From NCBI GenBank assembly GCA_051942205.1, contig JAVECO010000047.1, forward strand, positions 113,385-133,384: 20,000 bases of DNA. The letters are read 5' to 3'. Shown here one piece after another: positions 1 through 10,396 of this stretch. Positions within the stretch are counted from its first letter, which is position 1, and the number at the start of each line of letters is the position of its first letter. Position numbers and translations under genes: made by a program. Under the pieces are notes generated by a model, which worked only from the letters and a program-made list of their open reading frames with translations, did not search any database and was not told the origin of the DNA. This DNA comes from Coniocarpon cinnabarinum (Eukaryota).

Positions 1-968
1 GCGGCTCCGAGTTCGTCCTTGTTCAACAGCCTTTTCATTGCTTCCTTGATGGCGCTCCAAGGCACAGGTACGACCCTGTCTGCCTCTTTCTTCGCCCGCC
101 CCTTCTCATCGACAACTCGTTTCCCAGGCTTGAGTGCCACGTCCTCAAGGGCCTCGATCGGCGGTGTGCCTGCGTACCTATCCCCCCGACGGAGCTTTCG
201 TCTGATCGTGTCAACAAATTTCTCGACATCGTCGAGCTCCTCGAGTTTTTTGCGAGGCGAACGCTGGTCTCCGCGCGACTCATCCACGGGCGCTTGCCCT
301 CGCTGCTTTTGTTCCTGAATTTTCCGTGCTACTGCGGCCCTCTCGTCGAACGAGCGTTGCTGGGATGCTGCGGCGGAGTCCTTGGACGAGCCGGGTTGCC
401 CACCGTCGGTGCCATACGTGGGATACGAGAGATGCATCTTTGCTAAGGCCTTGTCTACCACCCTTGTGCTGGATTTTGGAGCTTTTCCGGCGCTCCTCTC
501 GCGCTTGTGCGGCTCGTCACTGTTGTGACCCATGGAATCCTCGCCCGAACCTTGCTCTGGGCTTGAACGCCCGCTACTAGCTTCGCTCTGCGAGCGAGAA
601 GACTGCATGTTGTCGTCAATGTGGTCGTGAAGCCATGTTCCCTTTCCCGGGTGTCCCTTTTCCGGGCGCCAGAGCCGCCGGGAGCCTTGGAAAAGTCTCA
701 CAATCCAAGGGCCATGGATCTTTGGATCCTGATGATAATATTCCAGATCGTGCTCGCCCTCGTACTTCTTGCCAAAATTGTAGGGATGCTCGTGATTCCG
801 TGGGATAAGATTGTGCAGGAGACCAAGCTCCTCGTTATGGAATCCTTTGAAGCGATTCCCATCCCATTGTGGTGAGAACTCAAAGTTCAAGCTTGTGTCA
901 GCGTTTCGTTCGCGCCTGCCAGTCGGTTGTGAGCTTCGGTGTCGGGAGCCTGATTCAGACTCAGGCAT
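1..968 (-). CDS. Hypothetical protein, paralog A of local tandem family (3' end runs off window; absent from ORF track)
   Basis: Manual translation from ATG at 968 is stop-free to the window edge (322 codons): MPESESGSRHRSSQPTGRRERNADTSLNFEFSPQWDGNRFKGFHNEELGLLHNLIPRNHEHPYNFGKKYEGEHDLEYYHQDPKIHGPWIVRLFQGSRRLW...GTWLHDH...LDDVEKFVDTIRRKL...GTPPIEALEDVALK...VVPVPWSAIKEAMKRLLNK. It is colinear with the 2178-3137 ORF (HQDxxIxGPW, MHL, GQPG, VVP[VI]P, LLN). Confidence 0.85.
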   Translation of the reverse strand, partial: MPESESGSRHRSSQPTGRRERNADTSLNFEFSPQWDGNRFKGFHNEELGLLHNLIPRNHEHPYNFGKKYEGEHDLEYYHQDPKIHGPWIVRLFQGSRRLWRPEKGHPGKGTWLHDHIDDNMQSSRSQSEASSGRSSPEQGSGEDSMGHNSDEPHKRERSAGKAPKSSTRVVDKALAKMHLSYPTYGTDGGQPGSSKDSAAASQQRSFDERAAVARKIQEQKQRGQAPVDESRGDQRSPRKKLEELDDVEKFVDTIRRKLRRGDRYAGTPPIEALEDVALKPGKRVVDEKGRAKKEADRVVPVPWSAIKEAMKRLLNKDELGA

Positions 969-1208
969 AACGGATGAGCCAGCAAATGCACGTCCAACAC
1001 AGGGGTAGAGCGCCAACTGCACGCAGAAAACGGGATGGGTCAGAGTATTTGCAGAAAGGATTGATCTTGAGAGGCGGTAGAACGGCTAACAGGTCGTCTC
1101 TGTCATGTGGTTGGCCTGCACGTTTTTCATATCTAATGGAGGCACTGGGAGTTACCAAGTTTTCGCGTTGCAACCAAAGACATTGAGAGCCAGGTTATGA
1201 ACTTGATG

Positions 1209-1221
1209 CACGTGGCACGTG
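1209..1221. promoter_or_regulatory. Tandem CACGTG E-boxes ~240 bp upstream of paralog A
   Basis: CACGTGGCACGTG read directly. CACGTG is the canonical bHLH (Pho4/Cbf1-type) site. Function is inferred. Confidence 0.35.
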
Positions 1222-2177
1222 TCGACAGAAATGTACACTTGGCACGTACAGACAAAAGACATTAGAGCGCTCTGTGAAACATCCGAATCAGTTTGCAAAG
1301 CTCCTCTTGAAGCCACTTGTGAAGAAGATCGAAGATTCGTGTGTGCCGCGAGAGACTGGCACCATAGAATAGGTCTTATTTGCGAGGTAGAGATGCCGCG
1401 TTTTTACAAAGAGAGAGGACTCCGGCGAAAGTGGTCTTATTCGCGATGGTGGATATGCCTTTCTTCACTGAGTTGAACTTTTCTTTCTTCCTAAGAGAAG
1501 GTAAACCTTTTTCGCAAGGCTTAAATCTCTCTGCTTTGTAAGCGTGAAAATGTTTTTGTCCTACAAAGTAAATACCTTTTCGCAAAGCAAGGATGCTATG
1601 ACTCTGCACCAATCCAGCGCACAAGCATTTTTCGTGGGCGAAGTTGCGGCCCCGCCTCGGCCGTAGCGGTCTGCATGTAGCGCATTTCACGACAGCAGTC
1701 CAGGACTTCGGAGTCTATCATCGCCGGCGTTTATCAATGGAAATACAGTCCTTAAGCGACGACCGCGAGTCGTGGGCGAAGCTGTTTTCTCCTCGTTGTA
1801 CCTGGGCATGCACGAGTGATTGAGAGATAGCGTGTACTGAACAGCGAGGTATCAAGGTATGGATATAGGACCAGTCGACCTTCAAAGGCAGTTCGGGCCT
1901 CTGAACAACTTGGGATCTCTTTGTTCGGTATTGCCGTGGGCCGAGGTATGCGAGCGATCAATCAGTCGAGGAGTTTGAAGAAAGGGTCAAGAGTCACTAC
2001 AATCATCCACGTTCCTGTCACTGACGGATGCTAGACTTGATGTGATCGATCCTAACCATCATTGAAAAGCTTGACCTACCTCCTTCGACATACGCTATCA
2101 GTATTGTGGCCTGTGGTGCGACACCTCAAACGCGGGTCCTCCATCTCCATTTGCGCGTGTAACGTGTCACGCTATCC

Positions 2178-3093
2178 TCAATCCTCTTCATCAATAGCAG
2201 ACTTGCGATGCTTATGCTCAAACTCCCCGTTATAATGTTCGACGAGTCTTTGGAAATTACTAATGTCATCTCTTTCTAACAATTTTCTGTTCAACAAATC
2301 CCTCATATCTTCTTTCAGGCGATTGAGAGGTATTGGCACCACATGCCTCCGACCCACTGCCATCTTTCCCTGCTTATTCATAGTCGAGCCGCTAGACTTG
2401 AACACGGCTTCCTCGAGCTGCTGCAGCGGTTGCGTGCCTGGAGACTCACCAAGCCCTTTCGGATACTTTAGCTCACCCAGAACCGCAAGCACGAACCGCC
2501 GAACAGGATCAGGCTCCGCTTGCATGTTTTTTATGTCTCTTTGGCGCTGCTCTTCTATCTGCTCGCGGCGTGATTGTTCCCGTGGTTGCTTCCCTGTGGA
2601 CGCGCCAGGCTGTCCACTCTCGGCCTCGTGTAGATGCATTGCTTTCATTGTCACATTTAGTCCCCGATGTTGGCGCGGCTCGGAAGCACCGGGCGGCTCA
2701 TTGGCAGGAGAGGGTGTTCCCTCCACTGACATTCGATCTGGGCTTGGATCCCTGGAGGACAAAAAAGGAACCATCTCGTGGAACCATGCTCCGGACGCGG
2801 ATTGCCACATTCGCTGAGAGCCGTCCTTCCCATGACTTTTGAAAAGCCATGGACCCCGGATCCGCTGATCCTGGTGGAAGTGCTCTTCTTGCCCATCACC
2901 GTTGCGCTTCGCAAACCAATTGAAGGGAAGAGTTAGATCTGGCGCATAATGGCGATGCAGATCACCGAGATAAGCGTTCCTTGTCGTTGGGGTGATGTAC
3001 TGGTTTGAAGTGGTAATAAAAGCCTTCAGTGTGGTCGCCGGTAATCCCGCCACCCTCTTCTCCACCTTCCGACCTCGGTGGTGACTCAGACAT
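2178..3093 (-). CDS. Hypothetical protein, paralog B of local tandem family; 5' end appears frameshifted (possible pseudogene or unresolved intron)
   Basis: ORF 2178-3137 matches paralog A from NAYLGDLH onward but has no ATG before the conserved block. ATG 3093 opens MSESPPRSEGGEEGGGITGDHTEGFYYHFKPVHHPNDKERLSR* in another frame, which resembles paralog A's N-terminus (MPES...LNFEFSP). Confidence 0.7.
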
Positions 3094-4537
3094 GACTTGA
3101 TAGGAGGAGCGAGTGAGATACGTAGATTGGTGTACAACTTATTCAGGGAAACTCAGCCTGACGAATACGTTTAGTTGGGGGTTTGATATGTCCAGGTAGC
3201 AGCTTGGAAATCACGACTTTCATGTGATGGCTATAAGAGGTTCTCAAGCAGATGCAGAAGCCCAGTACCGGCAGCGTGTCCAGAGCTACTGGCAACCACG
3301 TAATGAAAGGCTGCACAGGGCACATAACGTGCATGCGCCCACGCGCCCGAGGATTGCCCACTTGGCGCGAAGACATAGGACAGCGGAGCCTTGTGCAAAT
3401 CCTGCGGATGACTTCACACAATGTGTCTGTAAAAAAGCATTGTGTGAGTAGGATCGAGGATTCTTCCATGTCATAGGTTGTGCCCAGACGGTACTGCTCC
3501 CACAACTCAGAAAGATCTCCACACCAGAGCTGGTCTGATGGCTCGCTTAGCTTAGTCGCTCAGAGTTTGTCGTGGCCTGCATACAACGTTGAAGGCTGTT
3601 TTCTTTATAGCATGACATGCGACTGCATAGCGTCGTCTACTCTTCAGGCTTGCACGAGTCACCGCCTTCGGCGCCAACAAACCTTCAACACCTAAAGGTC
3701 CGCGCAGGCCCGTGTGTCTCACCATTTCAGTATTTAGCGCCGGGGGCCGATTCCTCGAAGCTCAAACGCGACAGGTGTCAACTGCAGTCTGATGCTCTAT
3801 TGGCCGGATCATAGAGACGTCATTTCCACAGGTCTAAAAGTGAAGGTTCCATGATGTTGTCTGCGTGTTGAGTAGCAAAGCGTGGCCATTTGGCTCTCAC
3901 ACCCATTTCTGCGCGTCATTCCTGTGAGTGTCAAATGAAGTTTCTTGTCGGACGCCTCGGATCTTGCGTGATTTTGATGCTAGAGAGAAGCGAGCAGAGC
4001 GAAGACGAGTAAAGTCAACAGCTAGTTCGAAAGGGAAAATCATCTGGAAAGTCACGTGCAAGATTAGACTGCATCACGTGTTTTGGACAAGCACCTCGGT
4101 AGTGCTTGGCAGTTCTTCCTTGTTATTGTCTCGAATACCCGCCCTTGACATCCTTGCTTTGCCTCCCGGTTTTCCACTTCCTTCAATCCCTACAGACTTG
4201 CCCTTGGACCTGCGTGCAGACCTTGATCGCGCTCTATGTTCCTCAGCGGCAGCCATCTGACGTGACCATCCTCCGTATGCCGTTGACACTATAGCAGCAA
4301 CATGTTTTTACTGAAGGTTGAGACGCATGCTGGGTCCTGTCTTCGAAGGTGTCCGGCTTCCGCTGAAGCTGATATCGATTCTCAGTCTCGAGTCTGTGTC
4401 GTGATAACGCCGCGCCACTTCAATGATATTAAGCTGCGCATCGCCTCGTTTTTCGAGCCAGCATCAAGGCAGTAATTTTTATATTCTTGATCGATGATGA
4501 GCACTTCCCATGCCTTAGCAGAAGTTGCTCGCAGCGC

Positions 4538-6465
4538 TCATTTTTCGAAATCGATTCCCTCCCTCTTGTGCTTCTTCGTATACAATCTGTCGTAATCGTG
4601 AAGCGCTTTCATCATCTCGCTGTCCTCGGCGAGGCCCTTCTTAATGCAATACTCCCCAAAGGTCGACATTCTGAGCACGCCTTTGCGTCCATGGCGTTTG
4701 ATACACTCTTCGATGCACTCTACCGGATTCTTGTACTGTTCTACATAACTCTTGTTTCTGTATTTCCAGGTGAAGTGCGCCATCACGGCGTCCATGAGGT
4801 CATCGAAAGGGTCGTGGTCGGCGCGAGGTTTGTGTAACACTAACGCGGACTCAAGGTTCTCAGCCAACGCCTGCTCAATTCTGTAAGTCAGTTCCTTGGG
4901 ATATTCAATCATGAGTGGACGCTTGACTTTATCTTCAGAGACGTCCTCGTCTGAGCGGTCGTGCGGCTGGCTTCCGCTATCGTCATCCTCACTTTCCTCC
5001 CCAACCTGTGGCACGCGAGGAGCCTTCGCTGCAAATTCTTTCTCGTGTTCTTCCCGAAGCATATCGGCTAATTTCTTGTGACTTCTGAGATCAAGCCAAT
5101 CTCCATCATGTTCGCCTGTCTTGCCATTTACCCACATCCACTTTCCGTTGGGATAATTTTTCTCCCAGAGTTCCTTGCCTTGTTCCTTTCTCGTCTTTTG
5201 AGGTTCTTGCTGAGAAGCTTTGCCCTTGCCCTTCTCACGACGCGCCGCTTCTCGCGCCTCTTCGAGTTCTTGCCTTGTTTTTGGCCGTTCCGGAAACTCC
5301 CATAGCCAACCATGTGTTTCGCTGAGGAAGTCAGGAAAGCCCTGGGGATGCTCTGCAAGCACAAATCGCCCATATTTTGGATGATACCATACATTTCCCT
5401 CCTCTTTCTGCTCCCATTCGGAGTTTGATAGCCCCTCAGTGGACGAGCTCTCAGAAGCCTCGTCATCAACCTCAGATGAGTACGGCGAATCATCTGAGAA
5501 GTACTCTCCTTGTTTCGGAGGCCGGTGAGGGTGGTCAATGAGCCTACCGTGCTTGGGATGGAAAAAGTCAGCCCATCCCTCTTCTTTGTTATGCCACCAG
5601 ATGAACTTCCCAAACTTTGGGTGCTCAAAGGTATGGTCGTCTTTTCGCACCCACTGCTTGTGAAGCGGCTTCTCCTCGGCAGACTTGAAGGGAGGATGAT
5701 GTTCGAAGTCGTGCAGCCAGCCCTTTTCCACGTCACCCTAATCAGTATCAAATTAGGAAAGATAAGAGCGCCGATACTTACATATTTGTCATTGTAGAAG
5801 TCCCACTCCCCTGTGTCCGGATGCTGGGCTTGGACGAAATCCCCGAACTGGGGATGTTGGAACACTTGATCTCTTTTATCGAATGTCCAACGCTCATTCA
5901 GCGGGAGCTCTTTTTCCGATGCGTGCAAGGAAGGTTGCTCATCTTCCAGAGATGACCTTCTTGTTGCAGTCTGTGCCGGCTCTTCTGAGTGTCTCGTGGA
6001 ATTCTTTGAGGGCCTGGAATCTCTTCTTTTCGAAGATGAGGCCTCCCCTTGTGGCTGATTGGATTGTTTGGGCGAAGAGGTAGCGTCTGGTTTGGAAGAC
6101 TTCGATTTGTCCTTGGAGGATGAGGCCTCCCGAGTCGGCGCTGGGAACGGTTTTTTAGGCCTGTGTTTGAATGAATCTAGCCAGCCCTTTGCGATATCAG
6201 TATACCCAATCATCTATCTGGGCCCTGATATGATATCACTCACGTGCTGTTTGGAGTAATAACCCTCGTAGTCGTCCTCTGGATGTTTCCCGCGATGCCT
6301 GCTCCAGACAAACTTGCCGTACTTTCGATGGCTCACTGTGTCCGACCCATCATGCTGCCAGTCATCACCATCATCCTTGGGCCGACGAGAGCTTCGCTCG
6401 CTTCGTTCGCTTCGATCTTGTGTACTCTCCTTGCTTCTCTTGTTCTTCTCAGTGCTACGTCGCAT
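4538..6465 (-). CDS. Three-exon hypothetical protein (~603 aa), paralog C; four copies of a W/H-rich repeat plus the shared C-terminal domain
   Basis: Exons 6465-6244, 6186-5782 and 5722-4538 join three tracked ORFs in frame through GT..AG introns and restore the repeats (SKQH|GWLDSF, NDKY|GWLHDF). The C-terminus YDRLYTKKHKREGIDFEK* matches paralog B YNGEFEHKHRKSAIDEED*. The start codon is uncertain. Confidence 0.8.
5723..5781 (-). other. Spliceosomal intron 2 of paralog C (59 nt)
   Basis: GTAAGT donor, ATACTGAT branch-like site, AAG acceptor. Removal gives the frame change needed between the 361-aa and 397-aa ORFs. Confidence 0.75.
6187..6243 (-). other. Spliceosomal intron 1 of paralog C (57 nt)
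   Basis: GTGAGT donor, ATACTGAT branch-like site, AAG acceptor. It contains the in-frame TAG that ends the 83-aa ORF. Confidence 0.75.
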
Positions 6466-6670
6466 AGCTTACTATCAAGATTGAATAGGCTACCCAAACT
6501 CACACTAGTACCGTGACTTGTTTCACGGCAGACGTTGACGCAAATATAAGCTGGGATTACAGTGTGAGCCGATGGATGTTGCTCATGCAACCTATGACTA
6601 AAGCTGGGTCAAGACAGCAGGAACACATATTTAACAGCGAGTCCAGTGAGCAGGCTATTGGAAGCTCTTT

Positions 6671-6685
6671 CACGTGGGACACGTG
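6671..6685. promoter_or_regulatory. Tandem CACGTG E-boxes ~205 bp upstream of paralog C
   Basis: CACGTGGGACACGTG read directly, in the same arrangement and at a similar distance as upstream of paralog A. Confidence 0.35.
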
Positions 6686-7961
6686 GTGAGAACTTTCAGA
6701 GATGCGATCGTAGCAGGATCGAAAAACTACAGTGCAGAGCACATCTCACCCGATACTACATTCTGACGCAGTCCTTCGACATGCTCTACACAACATGACA
6801 TCTGGTCTAATGGCCGTCGTAGCACTGTTCCTTGAGTTGTTTGAGGGAACATCGTCATTGCTAAAGCCTGCGGGTCCAATCGTAAACGAAGAAGCTGGGT
6901 CGTACGGCAGGTATGAGTAAGTGATCAAATGACGTTGTCTGATATCACACACGCGTCGATACTGTCATCTCCTTGTCAAATTTAATGAGGAGGTTTGGTC
7001 GCGTTGCGACACGTGTGGGAGCCAGGAGAGTCCGAGTCGACGCTGAGCGGTTCCAAGAGCCCATGCTAGCGTTCATCAGGAGGCAGGGTGCTGCGCAGGA
7101 CCAACAGGCTTTCTACTGCGATCAGTCACGCCAACGCTTGCGGAGGTCCAGGCGCGAGTCACTCTCCCAAGCGGGCTGCGGTGGTGGATGAGTTCAAGTC
7201 GGAAAAGGTGGCCGGAGGATGGTCATCACCATCATCAAAAGACTGCCATAAGCACAGGAAACGATTTTGCGAGGCTGACGGAGCCGTCAGCAAGACATAA
7301 TGTACGAGTTTCACCCGTCATTCGTGTGTTCATCTTGTGTGTCGGCGTAAGCCCTAGATGGTGCCGCCACCCGCCAGTAGTACATTTGAGGGCAAAAGGT
7401 TTCTTCGTGCCGCGTATCACATGCACGGCGGCAGCCTTTCCTACTGAAATTTCGTGACCGTATCCCGTCTGCATTAATCCGTGTGTCTCTTAGTCGCTCT
7501 GCTGCAAATCGAGTGTCTCATGCCTTCCAGTGGAAGACAACGTGGCCCCCAGCATATATGACTCAGCCAACTTTCGCGCTATCACAGACTGGAACCTCAT
7601 TCCGCGTTTGCCGATCTGAACGACTGGGTCGGGTAGTGATAGTGCTTTTTTTCTGTCCATTAAAATGGAACTTGCTCACTAGCTCACTCCTTTCCGGTAT
7701 TGTTGGGCTACTTGCCATCCCAACAAGATGAATCTGTTTCTGGGATTTGTATTTAATTTCGAAAAGGGCGTCTCTTCAAGCATATCGTAGAGCGCGTGTG
7801 GCCGCGATGGGTGAAGGAAAACAACTGGAGGCGTTAGATCTAAGCATTAATTCAGTGCGATATGCCACCCATTTTGGAGCCCACCAGCGCCTCTACGGCC
7901 TCTCGCCAAATGAAATTCCATGGTCGTGAGGTGTTATCGTGCCCACCAGCTTCAGTCACCG

Positions 7962-8909
7962 TCACGTCTCTGCGGTAGCCGGCTGCTGAGCCATCTCTGC
8001 TGCGTCCTGCGCCTCCCTCATAGCTTCTTTCTGTCTCTGCTTCTCTCTCAGCTTAGCCATAGTGCTTTCGAAGAGGCTACCGCCGGGTGCATTTGGACTC
8101 TGTCCCAGAGATTGGCTCTTGCCCTTTATCGGACCTTTTGCCGCACTGGGCGAGAATGAGAAAGTAGGCGCATCCGCTCTCTTGTATTCGGTGGAGACAG
8201 TGCTTGCATGGCTATTATCGTTGGATCCAGAGCCATTCCTGGTCGGCGTATCTTGAGCGTACCTGTCTTTTCGCAAGGGGGTCCCACTGGGTCGTTGTAC
8301 TGGTGATTGTTCCTCATTCAGTGTGTCCACGTCACCGCTTCTCCGCCTCCGTCGTCTTTCCTCAAACTCTGCCCTCTTTCTGGCTCCCAGCTCTGCTAGC
8401 CTCCTCACTTCCTGCTCCTGCTCTACCGACAGGGGAGTTGTCCCCTCATGAGTCCTCTTCGTCCCTGCGTGCTTCGCCTTTGGCGTCTGCCACTGTCCAC
8501 CAAGCCCATCAGCTTCTCCCAGAGTGCTCTTCATGAAAGCGTCGCGTCCGCCACTTTCTCGGCGCTCCAATTCTTCCATCATTTTCCGTCTCTTCTTGCC
8601 ATAAGCTTCACGTTCGCGCTTCTCTCGTCCTTCGCGCTCTAGCCGCGCATCATAAGTGTCACGTCTGTCGGAGGTGAGAATGTCAAGGGCGATCGAAAGT
8701 TCCTGAAATTTCTGGGTGTAGGCCTCTCGTTTCTCCGGCGGAGCGCGGTCAGGATGGACGAGAAGAGAGGCTTTGCGGTACGCCCGGCGGATGGCGGCTT
8801 CATCTGGTTTAGAAATGGAAGAGTTGGCGGCTGGGTTAGGAAGGGAGAGCAGAGCGTAGAGGTCAAGCGGTGTCGTGGCGGGATCGTCAAGAGGTTTGGG
8901 GGTGGCCAT
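7962..8909 (-). CDS. cwc23: DnaJ/J-domain protein, likely pre-mRNA splicing factor Cwc23/Cwf23
   Basis: 315-aa intronless ORF. N-terminal J domain (DLYALL...IRRAYRKASLLVHPD...KFQELSIALDIL...RDTYD) is followed by charged KRRKMMEELERRE and C-terminal SLFESTMAKLREKQ, which I recognise from filamentous-fungal Cwf23 proteins. The J domain is secure; orthology is from recall. Confidence 0.75.
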   Translation of the reverse strand: MATPKPLDDPATTPLDLYALLSLPNPAANSSISKPDEAAIRRAYRKASLLVHPDRAPPEKREAYTQKFQELSIALDILTSDRRDTYDARLEREGREKREREAYGKKRRKMMEELERRESGGRDAFMKSTLGEADGLGGQWQTPKAKHAGTKRTHEGTTPLSVEQEQEVRRLAELGARKRAEFEERRRRRRSGDVDTLNEEQSPVQRPSGTPLRKDRYAQDTPTRNGSGSNDNSHASTVSTEYKRADAPTFSFSPSAAKGPIKGKSQSLGQSPNAPGGSLFESTMAKLREKQRQKEAMREAQDAAEMAQQPATAET

Positions 8910-9800
8910 GGCGAAGGCAGGTATGTGCGGTCAAAAGAATGGTAGTAAGCAATCGATCCTGCTTGTAAGGAACGAATCATTTACGCGCATGCAGCAAGTT
9001 AGCATTGGATGGAAAGTGTCGTGAGACGCACGAGGCTTCAACTTCACGTGGCGGCGTGGAATGGGGTTATACCCTAATACTACAATATGCGACGATGACG
9101 CACGCGTTAGAGCATAGCGACTGAGCTTGTGGAGCGTCGTGTGCTCTGCATTCACACAAGTCATGCGCATTTCACAACATGCTCACGCGCCAGGGATTAG
9201 GCTATTGACCAAAGAAAACCAGCATGACTCTTGGGTAGCGGACCTCTGGGGACTTAAGTAGTCGCACAGATCTTCACATTGACGGCGCTTTAGTACTACA
9301 AGTAGCTCAAAACTCTATGCAAACGCCAATTAGCCGTTAACTACTATACTTTAGTAGGAAGCAGCTTACTTATATTATAATATAATTTTTTACTAACTAT
9401 ATAGTTACTACTATTATTAATTTATATATAATTAGTAATATTAATAAAGCTAATAATTATATTTATATAAATAGTAAAAGTAGTAAAAATACTTAATATA
9501 GTAAGTATATACTTAAATAAATAGTATTTTTTTATATTAAAAAAAGATAATATTACTATTAAAGCTCTAGTTATAATTACTATTATAAATTTAAGTATTT
9601 AGTTATATAAAATATATTAAAATTATATTATAGTAAAGTAGTAAAAAAGTATTTTCTTAATTTTTTAATTTATAGCTTTTATATATAATTCTTACTATTA
9701 TATAATACTTTAAAAAAAGCTTTTTTTATAAAATAAAATATTAAAGATTAATAATTATAATATTTTTTTACTATAAATAACTTTATAGATTAAAAAAAAT

Positions 9801-9824
9801 ATTATTATTATTATTATTATTATT
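9801..9824. repeat. (ATT)8 microsatellite inside unidentified RIPed DNA
   Basis: Read directly. It may be a RIP-converted trinucleotide tract. Confidence 0.8.
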
Positions 9825-9982
9825 TTATAGCTTTTATTACTTTAGCTTTTACTTTTTATATTTTTTTTTATATTTTATTATTAAGGTATTAATACTTTAC
9901 TAATAGTAAATTTATCTTAAGAAAATTAAAAGTATATTTTTTTTTTACTAAAAGTCTTTAGTAATATTTTATTCTTTATATA

Positions 9983-10393
9983 TATTACGCGGGGTTAGGG
10001 TAATCCCTCTATAGCTTCCTATTACAATACGGTTAGAAAGAGAGCTAAAGGTTCTAAAGCTAGAGGACTTGCTACTAAGTCTTATTTAGATTAGAAATAA
10101 GAGGTTTTAGTAAAGTATAAAGCTTATAACTTATTAATTATAAAGTAGATTATATTTAAACTATAAGTTAGTAGACTACTAGTCTAATTATATAGATAAT
10201 TCTATCTTATATAAATAAGTATAACTAATAGGGCCTTTTATTTAGATAGCCTTCTTACTAGCCTATTAAGGCCCTAGACCTTAGAAGCGTAGAGCCTATT
10301 CTTTACCTTATTCTAATATTATAGTATATAGGCTCTTCTATAATAAAAACTTTATAAAGGCGTCCTAGCTATACTTATATTAGCGCTATAATA
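9983..10393 (-). repeat. 3' LTR of element 1 (411 bp)
   Basis: TATTACGC...GCGCTATAATA (de-RIP TGTTAC...GTAACA); aligns with 17017-17447. Confidence 0.92.
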
Positions 10394-10396
10394 TAA

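Noticed and set aside
19..875. Plus-strand ORFs 19-318, 326-580 and 621-875 (the last with a hydrophobic stretch)
   Set aside because: They are antisense shadows of paralog A, whose minus frame is supported by homology to paralog B.
2263..2842. Plus-strand 184-aa and 90-aa ORFs
   Set aside because: They are antisense to paralog B and have no independent support.
3928..4294. Small ORFs between paralogs B and C, including a basic 71-aa minus-strand ORF
   Set aside because: They are short, use non-ATG starts in the track, and show no domain or clear homology to the array. A small gene remnant cannot be excluded.
5128..5722. 3' half of the 361-aa ORF as a real overlapping protein
   Set aside because: It is read-through of intron 2 into the wrong frame; the 397-aa frame carries the repeats.
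6557..7929. Several 60-90 aa ORFs between paralog C and cwc23
   Set aside because: I could support no recognisable motif or consistent exon structure.
9991..10000. GGGGTTAGGG telomere-like motif
   Set aside because: It is a single unit inside the LTR end, not an array.
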